DNA from: an uncultured archaeon
GTDB lineage: Archaea; Asgardarchaeota; Jordiarchaeia; Jordiarchaeales; Jordiarchaeaceae
Assembly (NCBI GenBank): GCA_964510585.1
Contig: CAZECW010000150.1
Coordinates: 4,239 to 36,238, forward strand
DNA length: 32,000 nucleotides
Direction of reading: 5' to 3'
Shown here one piece after another: positions 1-10,197 of this stretch; positions within the stretch are counted from its first letter, which is position 1, and each line of letters begins with the position of its first letter. The notes beneath the pieces are model-generated. The model was not told where the DNA came from and did not search any database. It worked only from the letters and a program-made list of their open reading frames with translations. The position numbers were made by a program, and so were the translations under genes.

Positions 1-2
1 AT

Positions 3-695
3 GCAGTAGTGGTAGAACACCTAATTCGGCAGTGCATAATGGTGGGAATTAAAAACGGGGACACAATTCAAGTCCAATGCAATGGGTGGGAACCCCTAAA
101 CTTCGCATATTTCTCTCCAATGTTTGGGGCTGCAACTCCTCCAAATGTTGGTGAAATACTAGAACTAAACGTGATTCCCTTGGAAATAATCGTTGTGGAT
201 ATGGCAAGAACCATACATACTGCTCGGTTCTTTCAACCTACCGCAGTGTACACTAATAAGGCTGCCTTAATGTTTATGGAGGACATAATAAACAAAGAAA
301 AGGGCAACCCTAAACAGTTAGGCTACCAACAAATAATTGTGAGAGAAGACAAAGTTACGCCAAGCGCTACAGAGAGAAAAACCCTTACGGATAAATGGGG
401 AGCTGAAGTGTACTCAATGCTGGACGTCCAAGACAACCTATTTTACGCTATGGATTGTCCAGAGCACAAGGGACTACATGTCTGGGAGGATGGATTCATA
501 GTAGAAATCACCGATAAGGAAACAGGCGAACCACTTGAACCAGAAGAAAAGGGAATGCTAACTATAACAAACCTATTCGCTGAAGCAACTCCCCTAATAA
601 GATACCAGACAGACATCGAGGCCACACTAACATTCGAAAAATGCCCTTGTGGGAGAACACATGCCCGAATAATTCCACCAAACTACAATTTATAG
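3..695 (+). CDS. Phenylacetate-CoA ligase (PaaK)-like protein, 5'-partial; lacks the C-terminal small domain
   Basis: Frame open from window edge; motifs CPEHKGLHVWEDGFIVEI, GMLTITNLFAEATPLIRYQTD, CPCGRTHARI; stops immediately after the last motif. Confidence 0.8.
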   Translation, partial: AVVVEHLIRQCIMVGIKNGDTIQVQCNGWEPLNFAYFSPMFGAATPPNVGEILELNVIPLEIIVVDMARTIHTARFFQPTAVYTNKAALMFMEDIINKEKGNPKQLGYQQIIVREDKVTPSATERKTLTDKWGAEVYSMLDVQDNLFYAMDCPEHKGLHVWEDGFIVEITDKETGEPLEPEEKGMLTITNLFAEATPLIRYQTDIEATLTFEKCPCGRTHARIIPPNYNL

Positions 696-708
696 GAGGA
701 AACTAAAA

Positions 709-2058
709 GTGGAAAGCTACAAACAATATTGGAACCCCAACATAGAAACAATGCCCAAAGAGGACCTAAAACGGCTCCAACTAAAACGACTAATTTCACA
801 GGTAGACTACGTCTACAAGAACTCACAATTTTACCACAAATTATACAGTCAAGCAGGCGTGACACCAGAAGACATAAAATCCTTGGAAGACTACCAAAAA
901 AGAATACCCATAATCCAAAAAGATGACATAAGAAAAGATGTGTCGCCAGAGAATCCATTCGGAGGGGTGAACTGTGTACCACCCAAAAAACTAATGATTT
1001 GGGTATCAACAGGAACATCTGGAGTACCTACCTTCGGGGGACGAACCAGAGAAGACTTAATCATTATGATAGAGAATCTTTCCCGTTCATTCTGGGCGAC
1101 TGGCTTTAGACCGGGAACAAAAGTTATTCAGCAATTTGGAAACTGGCACTGGTCACCTTCCAACTTGGTGGTAGCCTGTAACCGGATGGGAGTAAAACAG
1201 ATGATGGTCATTGGTGCTTCGATTGGTCCCTTCGCTCAGAGAGCAGCTGTTCTAACCAAATACTTTAAGCCAGACTTTCTAGTTTTGCCAGCAACTTTCA
1301 CACAACTTATGATTCAGGAGACGATCAAGATGGGTGAAGAGCCCACGGAGCTTTTCTCAGGCATCAAGAAGATTCTGGTTAGTGCCGAGGTGCTAACGCC
1401 TTTGACAAGGAAGAGGCTTAAGGAACGGGCTTTCTGCAATGCTGAGGTTCACTTCTACGCTGGAGGCGGAGAATCTCAGGTTTGGCCTGTGGACAGCTGT
1501 TACCCTGAGTGTGAAGGCGGACACCTTTGGGAGGACTTGGTTCTCTCGGAGCTGATCGATCCCGAAACCCGAGAGTTGATTCCAGGCGCTGAGCGGGGTG
1601 AGCAAGTGACCACAAATATTGCAACAAAGGGTACACCATATGTGAGGTTCGACATGGAGGATCTGGTGGACATGTACTATGATCCCTGCGTTTGTGGAAG
1701 GACACATCCTAGAATTACAATAGTTGAGCGTGCAGATTGGCAGATTAAAGTCGCAGGAAAAACCATTGTGCCTTTTGATGTGCGCACCATTTTTGAGGAA
1801 TTTCCAGAAACCGAGGAGGCAATTTTCAAAATCCAGAAATACTCCCAAAAAATGGATAAGCTAAAAATTGTAGCAGAATATGATAGAAAAAAGACTAAAG
1901 ACCGCAAAGAACTCCGAGAACGTTTACGCCAGAGAATTAAAGAAAAGTTAGGTTTAGAATCAGAAATTGAGTGGGGACAAGTTGTGATTCCCTCCATGGA
2001 TCAGGTGACACATAAAATTGTGCGAATAGAGGATTTAACAAAGGAAAAGAAAGAGTAA
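709..2058 (+). CDS. paaK: Phenylacetate-CoA ligase family protein
   Basis: YWNPNIETMPKEDLKRLQLKRL N-terminus, STGTSGVPT P-loop, HLWED, CVCGRTHPRI; AGGAGG RBS upstream of the GTG. Confidence 0.85.
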   Translation: MESYKQYWNPNIETMPKEDLKRLQLKRLISQVDYVYKNSQFYHKLYSQAGVTPEDIKSLEDYQKRIPIIQKDDIRKDVSPENPFGGVNCVPPKKLMIWVSTGTSGVPTFGGRTREDLIIMIENLSRSFWATGFRPGTKVIQQFGNWHWSPSNLVVACNRMGVKQMMVIGASIGPFAQRAAVLTKYFKPDFLVLPATFTQLMIQETIKMGEEPTELFSGIKKILVSAEVLTPLTRKRLKERAFCNAEVHFYAGGGESQVWPVDSCYPECEGGHLWEDLVLSELIDPETRELIPGAERGEQVTTNIATKGTPYVRFDMEDLVDMYYDPCVCGRTHPRITIVERADWQIKVAGKTIVPFDVRTIFEEFPETEEAIFKIQKYSQKMDKLKIVAEYDRKKTKDRKELRERLRQRIKEKLGLESEIEWGQVVIPSMDQVTHKIVRIEDLTKEKKE

Positions 2059-2109
2059 GTAATAAAAATTTTTGGACATAGTTCAAAATTTTCATTTATA
2101 TTCTGGAGT

Positions 2110-3033
2110 GTGGTGACCTTGGTCATAGATTGCCTAGTCTTCCCCCCAACATTGGAGTGTATGAAGTATAATTTGGAAATACCCCGCGTTCAGTACGGCT
2201 ACATGATACTCTTTGGAAAAAGGTTTTTGGGCGAAGACTTTACTGTTCCAAGAAACATTGACGATATTGCTAAACTCCAGTATCCCTTCAAGGCAGAGGA
2301 TATGGTTATGCCCATGGAAAAATTTGTAGAGATGTTGGACAGCTTGGGCATCGATCACTGTGTTCTATTTGCTATGGATGAAGAAACCAACACTGGGAAA
2401 CCAGTTCTAAATGACCACATAGCGCAGCTAGTGAGGGAGTACCCGGACAAGTTTAAGGGTTTTGGAGGTGCAGACCCCCACAAGGGCAAAAGGGCTGTGG
2501 AGCAAGTAGAAAAAGCATACAATGACGGCCTAATAGGCATAGCAATGAGACCCTTCATTCATAATCTCTACTCCAGCAGCAAAAAGTACTACCCCATATA
2601 CTCCAAGTGTGACGAGCTGGACATGATAGTCTGGTTACATACCTCTATGAACTGGTCACACATAAGGAGAATGGATCTCGGCCGCCCCCTATACCTAGAT
2701 AGGGTGTGTCTGGATTTTCCAGAGCTAAGAATAATTGCTGGACACGCGGGGTGGCCTTGGGTTACTGAGCTTATGGGTGTACTGTGGCGTCACCCCAACG
2801 TCTACACTGACATTACAACCATAAACCCAAAATATATTGGTATGCCAGGTACAGGCTGGGAGCCTCTAATAACATATGGCAACACTCTACTCCAGGACAG
2901 GGTACTATTCGGAACCTCATGGCCATTAATGCCCTTCGACCTATGTATCGAAGAAGTGAAAAAGCTTCCCCTCAAGGACTCAGTAAAGGAAAAATGGCTG
3001 CACAAGAATTCTGAGCGCCTATTTGGATTCTAA
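2110..3033 (+). CDS. Amidohydrolase 2 family protein
   Basis: YPIYSKCDELDMIVWLHT, FPELRIIAGHAGWPW, HPNVYTD, DRVLFGTSWP motifs. Confidence 0.85.
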   Translation: MVTLVIDCLVFPPTLECMKYNLEIPRVQYGYMILFGKRFLGEDFTVPRNIDDIAKLQYPFKAEDMVMPMEKFVEMLDSLGIDHCVLFAMDEETNTGKPVLNDHIAQLVREYPDKFKGFGGADPHKGKRAVEQVEKAYNDGLIGIAMRPFIHNLYSSSKKYYPIYSKCDELDMIVWLHTSMNWSHIRRMDLGRPLYLDRVCLDFPELRIIAGHAGWPWVTELMGVLWRHPNVYTDITTINPKYIGMPGTGWEPLITYGNTLLQDRVLFGTSWPLMPFDLCIEEVKKLPLKDSVKEKWLHKNSERLFGF

Positions 3034-3131
3034 TCTCCACCCACTCACAACCAAAACTTTTACTTTTTACTTCTCCCCCTTTAGAAACAGTAATAAGTAC
3101 ATTCTATGTGTTTTTATTAGTTGGAGGTGAA

Positions 3132-3431
3132 TTGGAGGCGTATCGTATTATAGTTACTGTTAAAGAGGTCAAAGGTCACTGTGGAATTCACAAGGTTGGA
3201 GACCGCTTCATTGTGGAGGAGGGTCAAAACCTCTCTCTTGACACCGCAAAAAGCCTTTGCATCTATGCGCTGGCCGGCTTAATTCCCCTCTTTCCCGCCC
3301 TATCTAAAGACTTGCCTAAGGACGACTGGATGAGTGCAGAAACCCAATACATACAGTGCATAGATCCTGGTCCCCAGTATGGCGGCGGTGGCACAGTCAT
3401 ATTTGAAATCAAGAGAGAAAAAGCGACCTAA
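3132..3431 (+). CDS. TIGR04076-family small Cys-containing protein
   Basis: VKEVKGHCGIHKVGDRF, LCIYALAGLIP, IQCIDPG..GGTVIFEI; start placed at TTG 3132 after the GGAGGTGA RBS. Confidence 0.75.
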   Translation: MEAYRIIVTVKEVKGHCGIHKVGDRFIVEEGQNLSLDTAKSLCIYALAGLIPLFPALSKDLPKDDWMSAETQYIQCIDPGPQYGGGGTVIFEIKREKAT

Positions 3432-3488
3432 CCACTAATTTTTGTTTTCTGAAGACTTTCTTTTTCCCCTTCTTACCGCCACCTTATT

Positions 3489-3670
3489 TTTTTCAGGTTA
3501 TGGTTTTGGGTGTCTCTGTGGGTAGCTTTATAGTGTTTTCCACATCCCTTCAGATCCACCACCTCTACGGGTGAGTGGGTGTATCTGGGTGTATCTTAAG
3601 GGTACACACAAGGGGGCAGGTGGCGACTCCTTCGCGGGCGAGCTGTACTGCAGCTCCATCTGTGGAGCCC
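3489..3670 (-). pseudogene. Decayed duplicate of the 3' end of the M42 peptidase gene (direct repeat of 10198-10367)
   Basis: Aligns to 10198-10367 with 5 substitutions, two 1-nt insertions and a 10-nt tandem duplication (gggtgtatct). Confidence 0.92.
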
Positions 3671-4149
3671 GGAGTCCGTCACTTAGGGAACCTCCAGCCC
3701 TTCAGCCATATGGAATGTGGTCGGTTTTCTAACTTTAGATCACAGAGGAATCTGAGTATCTTACGAATGTTTTGTTGCTTCCCCTTGGAAAAAATTCTGG
3801 GTTTGAATTCTCCTTCTGGGAGAGGAGGGCTTCTGAAGGATTTCTCCAAATGTGGATGGGGGGTGACCGACCCCTAAAACTTTGAAATAATATGCTCCTT
3901 CTTGGGGTTGCTGAAGGATAACCCTGAATTCCCCCGCCAGCTTGGTGAACTGTTCTAAGGGGCGGTTCGCTTAACCAATCTCTGAAACAAAACACCCGCA
4001 TATTTACAGGGAAAGGCTTCCGCATCAAAACTACAAAAGGCGCTAGAAGTGAAGGAATAAGTTGGCAATGATAATAATTCAATCAAAAACTTAAAATATT
4101 TAATTATTTCCACTATTAAAAAATAAAGCGATTTTTAATAGCTCTACGG

Positions 4150-5649
4150 GTGGTGCCTTTAATGGAAGTAAACATAAGAGGCGAATATGATGTAATAATT
4201 TTAGGCGGTGGCGTTACAGGCCTTATTTTAGGAAATATCTTGCAAAAAAACGGTTTTTCCACTCTAATTGTGGAGAAGATGCCTAAACCAGGTGGTAAAT
4301 GTTGTGAACTAAACTGGCATGGCGTAAAATTCGACAATTTTGGCAAATGGGATACGGTATATGGAACAAGTAATCCGAAGGAAAGTTCTTTCTATCGTGC
4401 ATGTAAGGAAGCGGGTCTGGATCTCAAGTTTAAACTGGTGCCTTGGAGAGTGGGTTTCCTCAAGAAGGAAGCTACTAAGCCTGAATATTTGTCAATTGAT
4501 GACTGGAAGGGGGGCAAGGCAATGTTAGACTTTGCTAAAAAGATGACGGGAATAGAACTAACCGAGTCGCAAAAACTAGAATTCACGCAAACACTTGAGA
4601 AGATGCAATCCTATTCTGAAGAAGAACTGACGAAAATGACTCATCTCAGTTTAAAAGAATGGCTAGATCAAAATGTTAAAGACGAACTGGTAAAGCAGTT
4701 TTTTAATCTGGGATGTATTGTAACAGATACTTCACCTGAAGAATATGGTTTTCCTCACAGCGCTTGGACAACAGGAAACTTAATACAGGGGAAGTTTGTT
4801 TATGTAACTGTTGTTGGAGGGTCTCTGTTTAAAACATTGATAACACCTCTGGTTGAGGCAGCCCAAAAAAAAGGTGCGGATATTCTAACCAACTACACTG
4901 CACAAGAAATCGTAATTAAAAACAACTCCGTGGATAGCGTCTGGATTATGGATAACTCGACGCTTTTAAACTATAAAATCAAGGCAAAAAATGTTATTGT
5001 TAATGTACCGCTTTACGACGCTTATCCCCGATTGTTAAAGGACGAAATGTTAAGCAATGACGAGTTAAAATATATTAAGCGACTTATACAAACATATACA
5101 AACGACCTATCATGCTACTTCATATTGAAAAAGGGCACACTAGAAGATCTTCCCGGACATTTCCACTGCTTCGATGTTACTTCAGGCATCCCCATTTACA
5201 TCGGTGAAATCGTCCAGCAAAAGGTATTTGGAGCCATCGTACCTGATAAGTACGATTATCTCCAGATTTACATCCCTGGAGGGCGAGCGGGAGGCTACCT
5301 GATGTATGAAGGTGACCCAAACAAGGTTTCCTACGAAAAGCTGGAAGAAATCAAAAATAAAGTTCTTGAAATCGTCAATAAATGGATGATACCCGGCTTC
5401 AAAGATAATATTCTCTACTCAGCAATTACTTGGTCGCCTAATTTCGGCAGATACTGCCAGATGGCATTCCCCACAAATGTTGAAACAAAATCAAAGAAAA
5501 TCAAAGGCCTTTATTTTGCAAGCGATACAGTCGACATCACTTGTATAGGCAAACTTGGCATAGAAAGATGCGGCGAAGTCGCCCTAAGATGCACAAAAAC
5601 ATTCCTAGAGGATAATAAAGAACCAAAAAGGTACAATAAGCCGAATTAA
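4150..5649 (+). CDS. FAD-dependent oxidoreductase (phytoene desaturase/amine oxidase-like family)
   Basis: YDVIILGGGVTGL Rossmann motif, VEKMPKPGGKC, C-terminal IKGLYFASD; true start may be ATG 4162. Confidence 0.75.
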   Translation: MVPLMEVNIRGEYDVIILGGGVTGLILGNILQKNGFSTLIVEKMPKPGGKCCELNWHGVKFDNFGKWDTVYGTSNPKESSFYRACKEAGLDLKFKLVPWRVGFLKKEATKPEYLSIDDWKGGKAMLDFAKKMTGIELTESQKLEFTQTLEKMQSYSEEELTKMTHLSLKEWLDQNVKDELVKQFFNLGCIVTDTSPEEYGFPHSAWTTGNLIQGKFVYVTVVGGSLFKTLITPLVEAAQKKGADILTNYTAQEIVIKNNSVDSVWIMDNSTLLNYKIKAKNVIVNVPLYDAYPRLLKDEMLSNDELKYIKRLIQTYTNDLSCYFILKKGTLEDLPGHFHCFDVTSGIPIYIGEIVQQKVFGAIVPDKYDYLQIYIPGGRAGGYLMYEGDPNKVSYEKLEEIKNKVLEIVNKWMIPGFKDNILYSAITWSPNFGRYCQMAFPTNVETKSKKIKGLYFASDTVDITCIGKLGIERCGEVALRCTKTFLEDNKEPKRYNKPN

Positions 5650-6204
5650 CAGGGTAAAACTAACCATCCAAACCCTTAAAAAACCATCTCCAATAAAGCT
5701 GAAGTTACTTGAAGCACTGATAATAGCAACCAACCTAGTATGATGAATGAATCCAAAATTTATCTTTTTACTTTATTTTTATTGACGATGTTAAATTAGG
5801 AAATTTCCGTTTTCGGCTTTTAAAAAAGCGAAAAATTAATTTCCCTCACTTGAAAAAATTTTGAAGAACTAAATTGCAACTGAAAAAAACGTTGTCAAGC
5901 TTATTAAAATATCGTTAAGGGTGTAATAGAACTTAAAATTTGCTACTATTTCAAGGAAATTATACGGTGAACTTGTTTTGAATCTTTCATAATTGCTACG
6001 GGCACTTGTCATAATAGTCTATGCACAAAAGCAGAACTATGAAGTTCTCCTCTCAAAAATGAGATACTTAAGATGGGGGTCAATCCTATAATAATTTTTA
6101 AATATTTGAAGAAAAATGAATATATTAACTATACTTTGATACATTTTTATAAGCACTTCAGTTTGAAAGGCAACGTGTATGTTTAGATAATTGGAGGGAA
6201 ACAA

Positions 6205-7155
6205 ATGCGTTCAGAAAAAGAAAGTGCAGAATTATTAGAGAAAACAAAGGAAAAAAAGGTAATCGAAACCGTTATAGTGAAAGAAGCCGAACCTAGAGCA
6301 GCCTTAGATAAGACTAAAATGGCTCCCGAACCTGTGGAAGTCACATATGTTAGGGGAAGACTGTTGGGTAAGGTTGCCTTGGTGACAGGGGGCAGTGTAG
6401 GGATTGGACAGGGAATAGCCCTGCGTTTTGCCCGTGAAGGAGCGAAGGTCTGCTTGACCTATAACACACACAGGGACGAGGCGAGAAAAACTGTTAATGA
6501 GATTAAGGATTTCGGCGGAGAAGCAATGTATACACAATGCGATGTTAGGAACAGCGAACGCATTTTTAAGGTTGTGGAAGAAACCGAGGCCAATTTTGGA
6601 AGCGTAGACATCCTCGTGAACAACGCAGGGATAATGGAGCCATATTTTCTTGTTGACATACCTTTAGAAAAATGGCAAGACATGTTCAGAGTTCATGTTG
6701 AAGCCACATTCTTATTCTGCAAAGCCGTCCTCAAAAATATGAAGGAAGGCGGGAGAATAATCAATATGTCTTCAATCTCGGGAATCAATGGAGATGTGTT
6801 CCTGTCTCATTACAGTGCAGCGAAAGCTGCTGTAGTAGCACTTACAAAATCTCTAGCAATGGAGGTGGCACACAGGAAAATCACTGTGAATGCAATTGCG
6901 CCCGGAATGATACGCACACCCTTATCAAAACCCTTAGAGGCGGCTTTACCAGATCTCTGGAAAAATATACCTGCCAGAAGGTGGGGCGAAGTAGAAGATG
7001 TAGCGGAGGTTGCAGCCTTCCTAGCATCGCCAGGGGCGAGCTATGTAACGGGCCAGGTAATCGTTGTGGATGGAGGATTCAGCATAACGAAAGCTGGATA
7101 TGCAATGCCAGATATACTGGCGGACTCTAGAGGTATATTAGACATAAAGCAATGA
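6205..7155 (+). CDS. Short-chain dehydrogenase/reductase (FabG-like) with N-terminal extension
   Basis: TGGSVGIG, ILVNNAGI, YSAAK catalytic motif, VNAIAPG, YVTGQVIVVDGG. Confidence 0.9.
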   Translation: MRSEKESAELLEKTKEKKVIETVIVKEAEPRAALDKTKMAPEPVEVTYVRGRLLGKVALVTGGSVGIGQGIALRFAREGAKVCLTYNTHRDEARKTVNEIKDFGGEAMYTQCDVRNSERIFKVVEETEANFGSVDILVNNAGIMEPYFLVDIPLEKWQDMFRVHVEATFLFCKAVLKNMKEGGRIINMSSISGINGDVFLSHYSAAKAAVVALTKSLAMEVAHRKITVNAIAPGMIRTPLSKPLEAALPDLWKNIPARRWGEVEDVAEVAAFLASPGASYVTGQVIVVDGGFSITKAGYAMPDILADSRGILDIKQ

Positions 7156-7319
7156 TTGCCCTCTTAGGAGAAGTACAGTCATTTTATTTTTTCCATTATT
7201 TTAACATATGTTTTGTAGTGCTCGTCGAGATAATTTGACCCACATAGTTCTGAGAGTTCCTAGAAAACATTAACTTTGGTAACATAGTCAATGCTTTCTT
7301 GTTTGACGCCAATTGCTGG

Positions 7320-7790
7320 CGGAGGGTTAACTCTATGCCCTCTAGCCCGCGGCTCATCTCCGCGGCATCCACCGCCGAGCAACATGCTCAACCCCGGGTG
7401 GGATAGGATGTAGACAATGCCCTGCGTCGTCGATCCTCAGCTCCGAGGTAGCAGCGGTGTGGGGTGCGACCCACTTGTCAACGGCATTGACTCCTCCAAC
7501 ATCTCCGCCCGACATCCTTCCATCGGTGCCGGAGCGGGGCATCAGGAGTTCGTGCCGGTGCCCGTGAAATGACGAAACAATTTTTTGCACATGCGCTTCC
7601 TTTTTTGTGTCTGCTCAAGCTGCTTGAGCATTTAGCCTTTCACCGTAGCCGAGCGCACCCCCCAGCACAAAAGCGGCAGGCTGATGATCGTTGAAGTGCG
7701 AGAATTGTTTGCCTGTGGACACGGAGGACCTTCGCGGCTTTACCAGTTGACCACATTTTTTCTTCCATTCACTCCACGCAATTAAAAGTT
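7320..7790 (-). mobile_element. Decayed, internally deleted IS607-like element (TnpA N-terminus plus TnpB-like scraps)
   Basis: Minus strand from ATG 7768 reads MEEKMWSTGKAAKVLRVHRQTIL (IS607 TnpA HTH-like); downstream frameshifted MLKQLE, GTNS*CP, LRIDD/QGIVYIL resemble the TnpB C-terminus; locally GC-rich. Confidence 0.6.
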
Positions 7791-8907
7791 TTTATTATCT
7801 ATAAAGATAACAATTCAAGCCAACTGTTGACAAGACCAGCAATGCTTGTAATCTTTGTGCGAAAACAAATATGTAAGAAATATCATGTATTTGGGGCATC
7901 AAGAGAAAATTCGCAGTCATCAAGGCGGCACCGAAGTATGTCCAATTTAACATCTTAGACTGCAAACCTTACTAGGTTCCCATCAAGTAAGAAGAACCTA
8001 ATTCTTCTATATTCCCAACAGAATCTGCGGGATCTACATGTTTTTCTTCGACTATTGAAATTCTCAAGAGTCACTACTATAAGCCCAGATCCTCATTTCT
8101 CCCTATCCGTTATGATTGGAATCAGAAACCCACACTAGAATGGTATAACCTTAAATAAGCTAAGTAAAAATTTAATGGATGGTGTGGAATTAGTTTTTTA
8201 GTTGCGCATATTGAGTAGTGTGATGAGAGAAATAGTGATGGAATGAAGAGGAGGGTAAGGAGAAACCGATGAGTAAGAGGCGAAAGTGATTTTTGAACTG
8301 ACCTGAGCTCCTAAGTAAACCCTGAACCAAACTCTAACTATTTGGGGAGTTGATGAGATCTATATCTAAAGTCGCCTTAGAAACTGCATCTTCTCCCAGA
8401 GGTGAAATATATAATAAAACCAGAATGGTTTCTGTAAGCACTGAGTATACTATATATTACTTTTTGGTGTTTATACTTTTGCTTTTTGATGTTGCTTTTG
8501 AAAGGGAACACCAGTTCAAATTGTTTTTCGGAGGTTGGAAAATAGGGGCTCTCCAAATGATGCGGAGCGCCAAAAAACACTCTTGGGAGGGCAAAGGGCT
8601 CAACATTCAATTTTCAGGATAATGAGAAAATTGCTACATAGGATAGTAGACTTGATTTTCGTGAGCTAAATGCAGACGTTTTTCCATTTCTAAAAAAATG
8701 TACATTATTTTTTTTAAAAATTAAACATTTTTGCAACATAGTTCTTAGAAAGGGAAAAGGTATATAATACTATAATTGAATATATTTAGTGTGCATTAAA
8801 TCTGAAATGGGAAGCGCAAACATCGCTGAAAGAACATTTTGTAAAAAAAGAGCTACATACTGAAGACCTTTTCATCAATATCGAAATGATGCGAGGTGTA
8901 TGGAACA

Positions 8908-9378
8908 ATGTCTTCGAGGTTGGATCCCTTTATTGATGCTCTTATTTTCTGCACCGTTGTAGGCTCTTTGGATAAGATGGGACTAAACCCAATGTTGTTA
9001 GCTCGTCAGGCTGGCAGAGAAATGGAATCCACAATAGGTGCTTCGATTAAACGGCTTTTAGGTGTAAACCCCCCATCAACATTGGAAGAGCACTGCAAGA
9101 TATCTGAAGCGTTTTTTAAACCCGCCCAGACAGCAGACCCTGATAAGACCAAAGTCTCGTGCTCGGGTAATGTTATCATCATGGAGATAGTTGACTGCGC
9201 ATACCTAACCCAAGCTGAGTTGGGAAGAAGCTTAGGATACAACGCCTGCCCACTATGCATTCAAGCCTTCTGCGAATCTGCCTTAACCAAAGCTGTAAAT
9301 ATAGCTGAGATTGAAAGTTTCCAGGTGGAACGCAATAAGGACACTTGCACCGTTAAAATAAAACTGTTAGAAAAATAA
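8908..9378 (+). CDS. Cys-rich V4R/H-NOX-like small ligand-binding protein (paralog 1)
   Basis: IMEIVDCAY...GYNACPLC...DTCTVKI pattern; GAGGTG RBS at 8893-8898 favours ATG 8908. Confidence 0.55.
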   Translation: MSSRLDPFIDALIFCTVVGSLDKMGLNPMLLARQAGREMESTIGASIKRLLGVNPPSTLEEHCKISEAFFKPAQTADPDKTKVSCSGNVIIMEIVDCAYLTQAELGRSLGYNACPLCIQAFCESALTKAVNIAEIESFQVERNKDTCTVKIKLLEK

Positions 9379-9402
9379 AATAGTTGCGAGGTGTACAACA
9401 TA

Positions 9403-9861
9403 ATGCGCGAAGTAGATCCAAGCTACAACGCCCTAATTTTATCCACCCTATTCCGTGCTTTAGACAGGGTTGGTATGAATCCCATGTTAATAGCCCGCAA
9501 TGCTTCCGAGTTGTTATCTAAACTGTTTGAAGGCCCAGCCAAACAGATTTTTTGTGGAAGGCTGCCATCAACTGTGGAAGAGCTCTTAACTCAAATTGAA
9601 AAGCTAGGAATCAGCAGAGCACAAGAAAAGTCTGAACATTCTTTCTCCAACGGCGTTATAACAATGAAGACTGTTGATTGCATATACCTACCCCTAAATG
9701 CCGTGGGAAAGAACATGGGATACAGGGGTTGTCCAATGTGTGTCCAAACTCTCCTACTAGCTGGTTCACTTAAAGCCCTAAATCTGGGTGAGGCTAAAGA
9801 CATTCGCCTAGAAAACAACGAAAACACTTGCGTCCTAAAACTAGAAATGACAGAAAAATAA
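9403..9861 (+). CDS. Cys-rich V4R/H-NOX-like small ligand-binding protein (paralog 2)
   Basis: TMKTVDCIY...GYRGCPMC...NTCVLKL; clear paralog of the upstream gene; GAGGTG RBS favours ATG 9403. Confidence 0.55.
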   Translation: MREVDPSYNALILSTLFRALDRVGMNPMLIARNASELLSKLFEGPAKQIFCGRLPSTVEELLTQIEKLGISRAQEKSEHSFSNGVITMKTVDCIYLPLNAVGKNMGYRGCPMCVQTLLLAGSLKALNLGEAKDIRLENNENTCVLKLEMTEK

Positions 9862-10197
9862 TCCACACCACATACCTTAAGGCAAAAACACTCTTCAAAA
9901 TTACGAAACGTCTCAACATTTCCCTTTTTAGCTAGGAAAAAAGAAATAAGAGGACTAACAGGATAACGAACCCAAAAATGCTCCAATCTTTACCTTTTTT
10001 TACTCCCATTTTCTAAAAAAGGGTGACTGCCCTATATGCCCCTTATTCATCTGAAATAAAGGTTTACCTTTTCTCTGCCACCATTAACTAGGCAAGAGGG
10101 AATCTTTAGGACACACAAGACTGTGGACATCTTCGTCGTGGAAAATAGTCAAAACTCCTTTACACTACAAAGGCTTTTGCGCTTGTACTATTCCCCC

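Noticed and set aside
3575..4082. ORFs 3575-3877 (+) and 3735-4082 (-) as real genes
   Set aside because: The first overlaps the decayed peptidase duplicate; neither has a recognisable motif or convincing RBS.
8220..8306. Possible C/D box sRNA (GTGATGA at 8220, CTGA near 8298-8306)
   Set aside because: Spacing is long for an archaeal C/D sRNA and the internal C'/D' boxes are unconvincing.
8350..8622. Overlapping short ORFs on both strands
   Set aside because: No family motifs; lies in the AT-rich, low-coding island interior.
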